Shown: positions 55,141 to 64,000 of the stretch, one piece after another | How positions within the stretch are numbered: position 1 is the stretch's first letter | Layout of the letters: each line of letters starts with the position of its first letter | The notes under the pieces: generated by a model | What the model was told of the DNA's origin: nothing | Databases searched by the model: none | Seen by the model: the letters and a program-made list of their open reading frames with translations, nothing else | Source: Enterobacter phage EC-F2 | Reading direction: 5' to 3' (one strand) | DNA: 64,000 nt | Sequence record: MN508624.2 | Position numbers and translations under genes: made by a program

Positions 55141-57380
55141 CGTATAAGGTTGACCAAATCCATCACAATTTTATCATCATTAAACATACTGCGGAATGTA
55201 GAATAAGATGAATGTAACAACATGTAATGAATTGATGGGTTGCGTTCTGCAAATAAATCGTAAGCAGTATCAACGCGTTCTTTCATATCTTTCCGCATTT
55301 TGTAATACTTCGTTGACATTTCACGAAGTAACGGGTTACGCACCACAGTTTTTGATTTGTTTTTGCCCTCGATAACATCATAGGTAAACTTACCATCAAG
55401 ATAATCGAGCAACATATACAATTCTGGATTATAGCGGTTTTTAACCATGCGATCAAGGGTTACGCCCATAGAATCGCGCAAGGTTCGGATCTCGCTTCCG
55501 TGTTTTGATGAAATCCATGCAGGGAACCAGTTAGGTTTTATCTTCTTCGCTGCGTCTGCAAAACGTTTTACCAGATAATCATCAAGGCATTTCATGTTGC
55601 TATCTGGAATTCGACTCCACAAAGAGTTTCGCAGAACCATCACACCTTCCAGCCCCGTGACCTTTAACATGGTCATCATACTGCTGGCGATGCTACCCAA
55701 CGAATAGTTTGATGCTTCTCCGTCCAGTCGGCTATATTCGTCAAGCCCATAAAGGCGCATAGCGTACATTTCATCCAGGTTCATGAACTGTGCTTTAGTC
55801 AGGTACAGATCGTTTTTCTGTAAGTTGCCCCGATCATCCAGGAAGTAATGATATGCTGTAGGCGTTTTTGGACGCGGTTCTGAATCACCAGAAGATGATT
55901 CACGCGTTGCTTTCCAGCGCTTGCGATCTTCGGTGTACGTTTCGAATTCTTTGGTCATTTCACTGGTTTTCAGTGTAACGATCTCAGATTCATCGAAATA
56001 CCCAGTTCTGATCAAGCCCTGAACAGGTTCACTATTAATCTCTTTGGTTACGAAACTGATACGATCCGAACCATTCAACATGCAGTAACCGATCAGATAC
56101 GGGCGGAGTGAACGCGCTTCATTATCGTTTTCAACGATGAAAAGTTTCTTCTGTCGCCACGGTTGAATCATGCGCATAACGTCCTGGCGTTTGGTGGTTT
56201 CCGCTTTGTACTTCTCATAACGGCGACCAGAACCCACACGTTCGAATACGCAATCTTTCCCGTCATATGGGTTAGCCCAGAAGCCCCACACATATTTTCC
56301 GGTTGCAGTCTCAGAGCTTTTAAGATGCGTCAGAATTTCAGCCAGCGAATCTTTACCCACACGGAAACGATTATCACGGGTTACGAACCCCTGCAACAAA
56401 CCAGGCAGATTATTAAACCATACGAGTTTATCGCGGGTTGTTTTCTGCTTGCCGAACTCCGCAACTAACTCTTCGTCATAGCGTTTGTTGATCTTTTCCA
56501 GTCGATCCAGGATTACTTTTTTGGTGACTTTATCAAGGCTCAACTCTTCACGCGACGGCATGAAGTCCAGCGATCCCAGAGGGAAATCCAGAATATACGC
56601 ATAACTGCTGTTACGGTAGCAGTAGAACAGCGAGTTTTCGAACATGTCCATGTCGATTGGATAGCAAATGTTACCCATACGCGCGTATACGCCTGAATAG
56701 TTGATAGACTTATAACGGACGATCCCGCGATCGTCTGCTTCTTTTGGTTGCCAGTTTACATCAACCTGAACACCGATAAAGCGAGGACGGATGCCCGTAA
56801 ACGGTTCGTAAACACGCGCCGCTTCACGTTCCCATTCTGCAATATCTTCGACTTTAACCGGAACGGTGATTTGAACGCCGTTAGGTTCGTCTGTTTCGGT
56901 TTCGTAGATTTGGTCAACGAAAGGTTCACCATTATCCATATAAGCCGTGTACGCACGTTTAACGCCGTCCTGGATGGATTCGATAGTGAATGTTTCGGTG
57001 TAGCAGAACGGGGATTTACTACCCAGTCCCAGCGCCCCGATCAGTTCGTCGGTGTCGGTTTTGGTGGATTCGAAATAGGTTGCAAACACCTCTTTAACCA
57101 TCCAGTCACTTAACCCTGTGCCGTAATCACGGACGATGAAACGCGGATCGAGAACAGTTGGTAACTGAACATCGAACGGGTTCATGTTACCCGCTACCAT
57201 ATGACCATCAATGGCGTTACTGGAGATTTCGCGAATGATTGCGCGGATCTTGTATTTGTAGATGGTTGATGACATGATTTTGTATGTTTTCGCACTGGTA
57301 GCCATTTTAAACTTCGTGCGTTCGCCTTTATCGAAGCCCGTAGTGTGAATGGTTTGTGGTGCTAACTGACGCAATTTCAT
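55131..57380 (-). CDS. rIIA: rIIA
   Basis: 749 aa (T4 rIIA is 725 aa), with an N-terminal GHKL-type ATPase-like region. Adjacent to and overlapping rIIB, as in T4. Confidence 0.9.
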   Translation of the reverse strand: MKLRQLAPQTIHTTGFDKGERTKFKMATSAKTYKIMSSTIYKYKIRAIIREISSNAIDGHMVAGNMNPFDVQLPTVLDPRFIVRDYGTGLSDWMVKEVFATYFESTKTDTDELIGALGLGSKSPFCYTETFTIESIQDGVKRAYTAYMDNGEPFVDQIYETETDEPNGVQITVPVKVEDIAEWEREAARVYEPFTGIRPRFIGVQVDVNWQPKEADDRGIVRYKSINYSGVYARMGNICYPIDMDMFENSLFYCYRNSSYAYILDFPLGSLDFMPSREELSLDKVTKKVILDRLEKINKRYDEELVAEFGKQKTTRDKLVWFNNLPGLLQGFVTRDNRFRVGKDSLAEILTHLKSSETATGKYVWGFWANPYDGKDCVFERVGSGRRYEKYKAETTKRQDVMRMIQPWRQKKLFIVENDNEARSLRPYLIGYCMLNGSDRISFVTKEINSEPVQGLIRTGYFDESEIVTLKTSEMTKEFETYTEDRKRWKATRESSSGDSEPRPKTPTAYHYFLDDRGNLQKNDLYLTKAQFMNLDEMYAMRLYGLDEYSRLDGEASNYSLGSIASSMMTMLKVTGLEGVMVLRNSLWSRIPDSNMKCLDDYLVKRFADAAKKIKPNWFPAWISSKHGSEIRTLRDSMGVTLDRMVKNRYNPELYMLLDYLDGKFTYDVIEGKNKSKTVVRNPLLREMSTKYYKMRKDMKERVDTAYDLFAERNPSIHYMLLHSSYSTFRSMFNDDKIVMDLVNLIRWK

Positions 57381-57390
57381 TGTTTATATC

Positions 57391-57627
57391 TCACTTGGTG
57401 TTGAAGATGATGTTATCACATGAATATTTCATAGGCTTTTGATCAAGCCCATACTCAACAGGTGTACACATCCGGTCAAGGTATTCGTAAACCTGTTGCT
57501 TCTGACGTTCGCGGTCTTTCATATCCATGATACCGACCACGATAGCAGTTACAAAACATATTGCAATAGTACACAGCACAGCTATTGTAATATATTTTCC
57601 CGTTTTTGGTGCATCATATGGTTTCAT
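57391..57627 (-). CDS. rIIA.1: rIIA.1-like small membrane protein
   Basis: 78 aa with one TM segment (ITIAVLCTIAICFVTAIVVGI), directly upstream of rIIA. Confidence 0.55.
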   Translation of the reverse strand: MKPYDAPKTGKYITIAVLCTIAICFVTAIVVGIMDMKDRERQKQQVYEYLDRMCTPVEYGLDQKPMKYSCDNIIFNTK

Positions 57628-58163
57628 TGAATCGCCTCTGCATATTGTTCTGGTGTCAATTTACGCGCTACTAAGCGCCCTTTGGTTGCTCGTTTGTTTC
57701 TTGAAATGTAGATGTTTGCAATGTTGCGTTTACCTTCCTGGATCTCATTGTACATCTTTTCGGTCATATTGCACTGATAAACTTCACCGTTCGGAGTTTT
57801 CAGGAAAAACGCGTATATGTCTTTTTCGCTTTCCTGAATTACTGATTTCTCACGGATACGGCTTTTGCATGGTGTAGGCTGTGCGCCCAACTCGATAGCT
57901 TTACGCTGCCATACGATCCCGTGTCCAGCCCCTTCGGTCAGAGCATGTGCAATTTCGTGCATGAGAGTATCTAAAACGTTCTCGTAGATATCTTCCTTAA
58001 CGTGAGAACGGCTCAATTCAATTGACTTGCGACTGTAATTGCATTGTCCCAGAGTACGCTTGAAACGTCCGTTGATTTTGAAAGACCAATGAGATAAGCC
58101 ATGCTTCGCCATGATGCTTTTGGCCCAGATGGTTATTTCCATATCGCTACGAGTTTTGAACAT
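57624..58163 (-). CDS. SprT-like zinc metalloprotease domain protein
   Basis: HExxH motif in LMHEIAHALTEGAGHGIVW, preceded by the SprT-type W.F..N.R..RTLGQC segment. The start MFKTRSD has a GGAGGA RBS. Confidence 0.6.
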   Translation of the reverse strand: MFKTRSDMEITIWAKSIMAKHGLSHWSFKINGRFKRTLGQCNYSRKSIELSRSHVKEDIYENVLDTLMHEIAHALTEGAGHGIVWQRKAIELGAQPTPCKSRIREKSVIQESEKDIYAFFLKTPNGEVYQCNMTEKMYNEIQEGKRNIANIYISRNKRATKGRLVARKLTPEQYAEAIQ

Positions 58164-58199
58164 TTTATATCCTCCCCAATCAGTGAGGACACTATAACA

Positions 58200-58231
58200 A
58201 AAAAGCCTCCCGCAATGCAAGAGGCTTTTTG
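58200..58231 (-). terminator. Rho-independent terminator downstream of gene 52
   Basis: AGCCTCCCGCAATGCAAGAGGCT hairpin with flanking A/T runs on both strands. Confidence 0.7.
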
Positions 58232-58235
58232 TAAA

Positions 58236-59525
58236 TTATTTCAATTTCTTCGAAAGTTCTTTCAAATCATTGAGATATTCAGTTTTCGGGGTCGTTTCTT
58301 CCCAGTATTTCAGTTGCTTACGCAGTTCGTTCGCTTCGTCTTCCAGCTTTTGACGTTCATCCGTGGTTAGATGATAGATGTTCATTGCAACCAGAATTTC
58401 GGCGTGGTTCTCGCAACCCGTCCACGTAGAGACAAGTTTAACCGCTTCGCTGCGACTAAGCCCCTTCAATGCGTCAGGCTGTGCGATCATCTGGTCGATG
58501 AAGTCAACCTTCGCCAGCGCCTTATCTAACGCTTCCTTAGTCTCCTGAATGCGCTTATCAATACGCTGTTGGTAAACACCAATACGGATATCAACGAAGT
58601 CTTTCAGCAACGTTTCAGGACGCTCGTATGAATGCAGTTTCCCGTTAAAGATAACGTTGATGTTCGGGTTTGAGTTCTCAATCAATCCGAAATCTTTCAG
58701 GATCTTCTCGCGGGTAAGCCCGTTTGCGTATTCGCGTTTCAGGGTAATTTCGTAGCGAAAATCTTCTTTCGATAGATCCTTGTAGCTTACGATATACCCT
58801 TTCTCTTCCAGCTTATCCAGGATAGAGATATATTTCACACGATCGTACTTGACCGGAATCTCTGTGATCACCAGTTTGGTTTTACCCTGGAGTTCATACT
58901 TGCCGTAAATCGTACCGTTTTCAATGTCACCTTTGAAATGCGGGTATTTCAGATCCAGTGTGAAATCTTTCCCGTTCAGGTAACTAACACATCCATTCAG
59001 AACCGAAATCGGATCGTGTGGTGGAATGTTGGTAGCGTATGCTTTCGCGATCCCGCTGAACCCGTTAACCAGTACCATCGGAATGATTGGCAGGTAATAG
59101 GCTGGCGGTACGTGTTCAGGATCTTCATGCGGGATTGTTAAATCTTCATCCATGTAGATAGCCTTGAACAGCGGAGACAGCTTACATTTAATGTAACGCG
59201 GTGCGCCTGGCTTTTTAACCAGACGGGAACCAAAGAACCCATCGCGGTCAAAAAGCGGGATGTTATTGCACCAGTGCGCCGCCATAAGAGACAATGCCTC
59301 TTCAACGGATGTTTCCCCGTGGTGATAACCATACATTGCAACACCGCCAGCGATAGAGGCTACTTTCTGGAAGCCTGTACCGCCTTTCGCTGCGGAATGC
59401 ACGAAGAAACGGTGAACGGGTTTGAACCCGTCTACCAGGTGCGGGATCGCACGAGAATAAATTGTGTAAAGGGCAAACGTAAGCCCTTCTACCTGCACAA
59501 CGTCTTTAATACTTCTTTCCATCAT
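58236..59525 (-). CDS. 52: DNA topoisomerase II medium subunit (gp52, GyrA-like)
   Basis: DGFKPV.RF......IAGGVA..GYHHGE.S........A...NN.PL.D..G.FGSR.....GAPRYI is collinear with T4 gp52. Confidence 0.95.
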   Translation of the reverse strand: MMERSIKDVVQVEGLTFALYTIYSRAIPHLVDGFKPVHRFFVHSAAKGGTGFQKVASIAGGVAMYGYHHGETSVEEALSLMAAHWCNNIPLFDRDGFFGSRLVKKPGAPRYIKCKLSPLFKAIYMDEDLTIPHEDPEHVPPAYYLPIIPMVLVNGFSGIAKAYATNIPPHDPISVLNGCVSYLNGKDFTLDLKYPHFKGDIENGTIYGKYELQGKTKLVITEIPVKYDRVKYISILDKLEEKGYIVSYKDLSKEDFRYEITLKREYANGLTREKILKDFGLIENSNPNINVIFNGKLHSYERPETLLKDFVDIRIGVYQQRIDKRIQETKEALDKALAKVDFIDQMIAQPDALKGLSRSEAVKLVSTWTGCENHAEILVAMNIYHLTTDERQKLEDEANELRKQLKYWEETTPKTEYLNDLKELSKKLK

Positions 59526-61423
59526 TTCACCGAAAATTTATGTTTTCCGTTCACCCAGTCTTTACGCGGATCGGATTCATCACCGAAACACAGTTCCAGA
59601 ACGTCTTTGTATTCGTCGCCCAGTACGATTGTATCGTATTTTAACTGGTCGCCCAACACCCGATCGTAATCTTCTTTGCGTAAAGAACCCAGCCCTTTGA
59701 TATATCGTACCTCTTTCGCTTTATCGCGGAACGGTGCGAAATCTTCAAGGGAGTAGAACCATTTTTCATCTTTACCGACTTTCGCAATGATAATCGGTGT
59801 GCGGATATAACGGATCTTTTTCTTCTCGAACAACTCAGGCCAGCGGCTAAAGAACGCAATCAGTAGGGTGAGAATATCGCCCCCGTCAACGTCCGCATCG
59901 ACCATGATCCCGATGTTGTCGTAAGTCATTTCGGAAGAGTCGCCTGGATGGAGATTCAGGATCGCCATGAGTTCAGACAATTCTTTGTTTTTGAGCACTT
60001 CTAAGTTACTCATTCCCCAGGTGTTCAACGGTTTGCCACGTAGCGGAAATGCGCCTTGTGTCTCTTCGTTTCTGCACTCGATAAACTGCCCTACAGCGGA
60101 ATCGCCCTCGGTCAGAAACAAAGTGGTTTCTACCCCGTCAGTGTCGATCCCTGATGCCGGAACATGTTTTGCAACCTTCGCCTTTTTCGCTTTCTTCTTC
60201 GCTTTGGTAATGGCTGCGGCTTCTGCTGCCTGTTTACGAATCAGAGCGGACTCAATGATCGGAGTGATTATTTCAGAAGTATCCATAATCTGTTTCGCGA
60301 TCTTTTTATAGTTCAGTCCGGCGTGGTTGTTGAACTCCCCAGCGGTGTTAGTCAGTTTTTCTTTCGTCTGACTATCAAAAGCTGGTGCATTGAAGTTATG
60401 CAAAAACACAACCAAAGTCAAGCATTCTTTTACACGGGCTTTCGGGATCTCGATAGCGTGTGTTTTCTTGATCATCGGTTCGAGTTCGGAATAGATACCG
60501 TCGATCATGGTGTCAACATGAACACCGCCGTTTTTCGTATCCAGACCGTTAACGAAGGATTTCTGTTTGAAACCGTCTTCTGTGCTCGCCAGGATGAAAC
60601 TGATTTTGTTGTTTGTCTGGGTAATCGTTTTATCGCCATACATCGCGCCATACATCGCGAATTTGTTCGGGAGGATATCGCCGTTATATGTGAATTTAAC
60701 GGCAGGGAAAGCCACTGCAAGCGCCATAAGGCGGTCTTTGATGACTTCCTTTGTCTCTTCGTCGATACCGTCCACACCGAAGATAGAGAAGTCAGGGGTA
60801 AACTTAACGGTTGTCCCTTGCTCCTTCGTCGGGCTGGTGCGGTAATCCATGTTCTGCGCCCCGTCCGTACAGTTGATCGTGACTTTGCGTTTACCGTTGG
60901 ATGTCTCACCGATAAAGATCGCGCTGTAACAGTTTGTCAGGAAAGAACCTACACCGTTCATCCCCATTGTTACGCGGTTTTCGTCATCGAAGTTAGAACC
61001 GGATTTAGCCATTGTCCATGCTGCAACAGGTTTAGGAACAATCTTCCCTTCTGGCGTTCTCACGTCATCTTGTGGAATACCGCGTCCGTTGTCCGAAATA
61101 GTAACCAGGTTGTGATCAATCTTGACTTCGATTTTGTTCGCAAATTTGAAATCAGTTCGGATCGCTTCGTCGATGGAGTTATCCAGGATTTCGTTGATGA
61201 TTTTCACCAACCCTTCCACGTATTCCACTTTGCGGAATTGCCCCATGATAAAACGTTCATGGGCTTCTTTGTTCACTGAACCCACGTACATATTCGGACG
61301 TTTGCGAATGTGATCGCGATCGCTCAAGCAGAATGATTCATCCACCTTAGCGCCCTTTGCTGGGGCTTCTGGTGCTTTCTGCGGCTCGTTATCGTCCATT
61401 AAGAAATCTAAACTCATATTCAC
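59522..61423 (-). CDS. 39: DNA topoisomerase II large subunit (gp39 fused with the gp60 region, GyrB-like), unsplit
   Basis: 633 aa with a GHKL ATPase (IINEILDNSIDEA) and a TOPRIM region. This single ORF covers the region that T4 splits into 39 and 60. Confidence 0.9.
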   Translation of the reverse strand: MNMSLDFLMDDNEPQKAPEAPAKGAKVDESFCLSDRDHIRKRPNMYVGSVNKEAHERFIMGQFRKVEYVEGLVKIINEILDNSIDEAIRTDFKFANKIEVKIDHNLVTISDNGRGIPQDDVRTPEGKIVPKPVAAWTMAKSGSNFDDENRVTMGMNGVGSFLTNCYSAIFIGETSNGKRKVTINCTDGAQNMDYRTSPTKEQGTTVKFTPDFSIFGVDGIDEETKEVIKDRLMALAVAFPAVKFTYNGDILPNKFAMYGAMYGDKTITQTNNKISFILASTEDGFKQKSFVNGLDTKNGGVHVDTMIDGIYSELEPMIKKTHAIEIPKARVKECLTLVVFLHNFNAPAFDSQTKEKLTNTAGEFNNHAGLNYKKIAKQIMDTSEIITPIIESALIRKQAAEAAAITKAKKKAKKAKVAKHVPASGIDTDGVETTLFLTEGDSAVGQFIECRNEETQGAFPLRGKPLNTWGMSNLEVLKNKELSELMAILNLHPGDSSEMTYDNIGIMVDADVDGGDILTLLIAFFSRWPELFEKKKIRYIRTPIIIAKVGKDEKWFYSLEDFAPFRDKAKEVRYIKGLGSLRKEDYDRVLGDQLKYDTIVLGDEYKDVLELCFGDESDPRKDWVNGKHKFSVK

Positions 61424-61460
61424 CTCTTTATTAGTTCTCAGGCATTATATAGGGTTCTAT

Positions 61461-61487
61461 GAAAAAGAAAACCCCTTTCGGGGTTTA
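61461..61487 (-). terminator. Rho-independent terminator
   Basis: On the minus strand, AAACCCCGAAAGGGGTTT followed by TCTTTTTC. Confidence 0.7.
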
Positions 61488-61649
61488 CTTGTTGTACGGG
61501 AAACCGTCTTTCACCATCTGCGGCTTATCAACCGTTCGTTTCGCCTCGCCCCCGCAATCACAATCTTTCGGTTCGTCGCGGCTTGCGATGCTGGACATTT
61601 TCGGGAATTCTTTTTCGCACTTGGTGCATTTATAGGTATATGTTGGCAT
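61485..61649 (-). CDS. FmdB-family zinc-ribbon protein
   Basis: MPTYTYKCTKCEKEF...CDCGG has the characteristic M-P-x-Y-x-Y-x-C-x-x-C start. Confidence 0.55.
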   Translation of the reverse strand: MPTYTYKCTKCEKEFPKMSSIASRDEPKDCDCGGEAKRTVDKPQMVKDGFPYNK

Positions 61650-62080
61650 TAATAAATCTCTGACAATGGAATAAAACGGATCGGGGTTGCGGCTTTGCTG
61701 AAAACACATTGCTTATTCCCAGCGAACAGGAGATCAGTTTCGTACACCATACAGATATATCCCTGATTCTCCAAAATTTGCCGCTCCCAGCTATCGAACC
61801 ATTTAGACAACTTCTGCAATGAAGAGAAGCCGAAAATATAGCTACGATAATTTTTACCATGTTTTTTGAGGTTACGCATTAAACGAAGGTCTTCGCATGG
61901 TGCGGGGTGACGAGTCTCGGAGATACCGAAGTTTAAACCGAACTCGATTCCATGAATATCAAGATACTCATAGAGATCGTCTTCATCACCGACACAACCC
62001 GTATACGGGCCTAATTGCTTACACCATCCATCATATTTGGATAATATAGACGCTTTCAATTCAACGCGATAAACCAACAT
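61649..62080 (-). CDS. Hypothetical protein (143 aa)
   Basis: ORF only. Confidence 0.4.
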   Translation of the reverse strand: MLVYRVELKASILSKYDGWCKQLGPYTGCVGDEDDLYEYLDIHGIEFGLNFGISETRHPAPCEDLRLMRNLKKHGKNYRSYIFGFSSLQKLSKWFDSWERQILENQGYICMVYETDLLFAGNKQCVFSKAATPIRFIPLSEIY

Positions 62081-62100
62081 GATCCGATCCTCGTAATTGA

Positions 62101-62700
62101 TTAACTACAAGTAGAGTACCACTTATCTAATTTCTTATCAAGCAGTTTATTGATCACTTGCGCGATTTCTGTCGTCCCGTGGGTTGTACTCAGTTTCAGG
62201 TAAATCACATCCAGGGCACACACGATCGCATCAACGCTTTCTTCGACGATATCACCGCCGCGTTGAGGCTGAACGAGACATTCGGAGATCTCCCCAACCT
62301 CTGCGGACAGGTGGTGAACCACGTCGCTAACGGTTCGTTTTTTGACGCTATGAGCGGTCTTGAAAAACTTATCCAGAACTACAGCGGAATTTTCGCGCGG
62401 TACTTCCTCACCTTTATTGACGTGGATCGTAATTTCAGTTTCCGGTTCTGGTGCAACCCATACCGGATTGAAAAGCCCTTTCATATCGTTGAACTTTACA
62501 GGAACGGGAATACCTTCAAGATAAAGAATCCCTGTTTCTTCATACACCATACTGATCCGGCGTGGTGAATTGAAGTCCATCGGATTCTTACGCAACGCGT
62601 CATACATACGACGAATCGGATCGGCTTCTGATGCCATTTGACACACAGCCATTAAAATAGATTTCGGGGCGTACATATCGCCAACTTTATACTTGCTCAT
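62101..62700 (-). CDS. Hypothetical protein, C-terminal half possibly MazG-like all-alpha NTP pyrophosphatase
   Basis: HHLSAEVGEISE....IVEESVDAIVCALDVIYLK......IAQVINKLLDKKLDKW resembles the MazG EEXXE/D helical pattern. Confidence 0.3.
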   Translation of the reverse strand: MSKYKVGDMYAPKSILMAVCQMASEADPIRRMYDALRKNPMDFNSPRRISMVYEETGILYLEGIPVPVKFNDMKGLFNPVWVAPEPETEITIHVNKGEEVPRENSAVVLDKFFKTAHSVKKRTVSDVVHHLSAEVGEISECLVQPQRGGDIVEESVDAIVCALDVIYLKLSTTHGTTEIAQVINKLLDKKLDKWYSTCS

Positions 62701-62986
62701 TTACAATACCTTTATGATAACCAACAATAAAACAGTTCACTTCTGGACGTTCGCCAGGGAAATGCACACACTGCATGACGCGTTCAGCCATGAGTTCTTC
62801 GCCCAAATAAACAGAGGTGGTTTCTTCGTTGTAATGACAATCATACGAAGTCTTAACACTCATACCAGGCAATCCGGCGATATGCATAAACTTTGAGTTC
62901 GTGCATGGTTTACCCTCAATGTTCTTTCCGTTTACATCAAACGTTGCAAACATTTCGGTTTTGCTGTTCTTTGGGCGTCTGCTCAT
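62687..62986 (-). CDS. Hypothetical protein (99 aa)
   Basis: ORF only. Confidence 0.35.
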   Translation of the reverse strand: MSRRPKNSKTEMFATFDVNGKNIEGKPCTNSKFMHIAGLPGMSVKTSYDCHYNEETTSVYLGEELMAERVMQCVHFPGERPEVNCFIVGYHKGIVNEQV

Positions 62987-63573
62987 TTCTTCACAACCTC
63001 ATTATATGTTGACAGGTTCCATTCATGCACTTCCGGCACTTTGGAGTAATGATCCAGGAATACTAACTGGACTTGCATAACATTAGCACGATCCATATTG
63101 AAAAGGAAACGTTGCGGGGAAGTAATACACAGGAAATCTTCGGTACTTCCTCTGCTTGCGCTAAACTCTTTTGTTTCTCCGCCGTCAAATTTAGCATAGA
63201 CTGGCGTAGAAAAATACGGGGCGAATAGTTCGCGTTTGGAATCGTCCGTAATCGCGCTGAAACACACGTCTACGAGCTTTCCGGTTCCTTCCCGTCTGAT
63301 GGTGAGCATTGTCCCTTTCGTGCGCCCTAAGACGTTTACAGAGCGCGTGGTGACATCACCAAAAGCGTTTGTGTAACTCACAGTCTCCACAAAGCCCATA
63401 TCACGACGTTGTTTTAACATTGCTTCGTGTTGCGCTTCTGCATCCTGTTCTACTACTCGTTGTGCGGCTTCATACGCCGCTTTGTTCGGATCTCTTGATT
63501 GCCATGCGAAGAATAAAACCCCTGCGGCTATCAGTCCGAAGATTGACCAACTTGCGGTCGCTGATAGTTTCAT
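62983..63573 (-). CDS. Hypothetical signal-anchored or secreted protein (196 aa)
   Basis: N-terminal hydrophobic segment WSIFGLIAAGVLFFAW. Confidence 0.4.
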   Translation of the reverse strand: MKLSATASWSIFGLIAAGVLFFAWQSRDPNKAAYEAAQRVVEQDAEAQHEAMLKQRRDMGFVETVSYTNAFGDVTTRSVNVLGRTKGTMLTIRREGTGKLVDVCFSAITDDSKRELFAPYFSTPVYAKFDGGETKEFSASRGSTEDFLCITSPQRFLFNMDRANVMQVQLVFLDHYSKVPEVHEWNLSTYNEVVKK

Positions 63574-63605
63574 TTTAATATTCCAAAGGGGCCGAAGCCC
63601 CGATT

Positions 63606-63938
63606 TTAGCGAAGATAGCGAACGTAACCGCTACGGTCGATCGCGTTCTCTGGGTTGTTGAAGATATTACCGCGAATACCCTTAGCAGGTGCTTTCCATC
63701 CTGCGGCTTTCAGGATATTGCCGTCATTGTCCAGGAAACCAGCAACTGAACGCTGATCGAACATTTCACCAGTCTGTTTGTTGCGAGTATCCTGCACAAT
63801 ACGATGATACTTACGGCCTTTTTCCAGAACGAAAACAGTTTCAAAGAATTCGTTTTCGAATGCGCCACCGTTACGGGCTTTGAACATCGCATCCAGTAAA
63901 GGCTGTGCTGCGGCTTTCAGTTCGTCAAAAGTATACAT
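63606..63938 (-). CDS. Hypothetical protein (110 aa)
   Basis: ORF with a GGAG RBS. Confidence 0.4.
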   Translation of the reverse strand: MYTFDELKAAAQPLLDAMFKARNGGAFENEFFETVFVLEKGRKYHRIVQDTRNKQTGEMFDQRSVAGFLDNDGNILKAAGWKAPAKGIRGNIFNNPENAIDRSGYVRYLR

Positions 63939-64000
63939 GGCAATCTCCTAAAGTCTGTTTCGTTTCGATGGGATAACTATATCAAAGCTATCCCGTGAAG

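Noticed and set aside
59522-61423. Gene 60-style translational bypass (hop) element
   Set aside because: The ORF is continuous with no in-frame stop or take-off/landing codon pair. The subunit is simply unsplit.

Overview
This window is a contiguous piece of a T4-like (Tevenvirinae-type) myovirus genome, about 45% GC and clearly not T4 itself. It falls into four blocks.

- **1 to 12.3 kb, plus strand:** the conserved late packaging/head/tail module in the T4 order 16 (TerS), 17 (TerL), 18 (sheath), 19 (tube), 20 (portal), 67, 68, 21 (prohead protease), 22 (scaffold), 23 (major capsid), a segD-like GIY-YIG homing endonuclease, and 24 (vertex). Several TATAAATA late-promoter motifs and hairpin/T-run terminators are visible.
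- **12.3 to 15.4 kb:** a ~200-bp imperfect palindrome carrying mirror-image sigma70-like promoters, then uvsY (+), a ~340-bp non-coding gap, and convergent uvsW.1 and uvsW (-).
- **15.4 to 39.4 kb, plus strand:** a hyperplastic accessory/early block. Recognisable genes are RNA ligase 2 (RnlB), nicotinamide phosphoribosyltransferase (NadV), Dam methylase, NrdC thioredoxin, endonuclease VII (gp49), a freestanding HNH-AP2 endonuclease, NrdD, NrdG and an NrdH-like glutaredoxin. Between them are many small overlapping ORFs of unknown function. Some look like host-takeover or anti-defence genes: an Arr-like ADP-ribosyltransferase, a DprA/SLOG-like Rossmann protein, two HAD phosphatases, a P-loop kinase-like protein and a very acidic protein. 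Three promoter-plus-stem-loop (PeSL-like) cassettes also sit here.
- **39.4 to 64 kb:** the long-tail-fibre locus (34, 35, two large paralogous distal-fibre genes that each have a gp36-like N-terminus and a C-terminal SD-RLK intramolecular-chaperone module, then a T2/S16-type glycine-rich gp38 adhesin), then holin t. The remaining genes are on the minus strand: two tandem DUF2829 (Tad2-like) candidates, ndd, rIIB, rIIA, rIIA.1, a SprT-like protease, topoisomerase II gp52 and an unsplit gp39+60 fusion, and small unknowns.

No rRNA, tRNA or CRISPR was found. All homology calls come from my recollection of the protein families and from motifs read in the translations, not from database searches.
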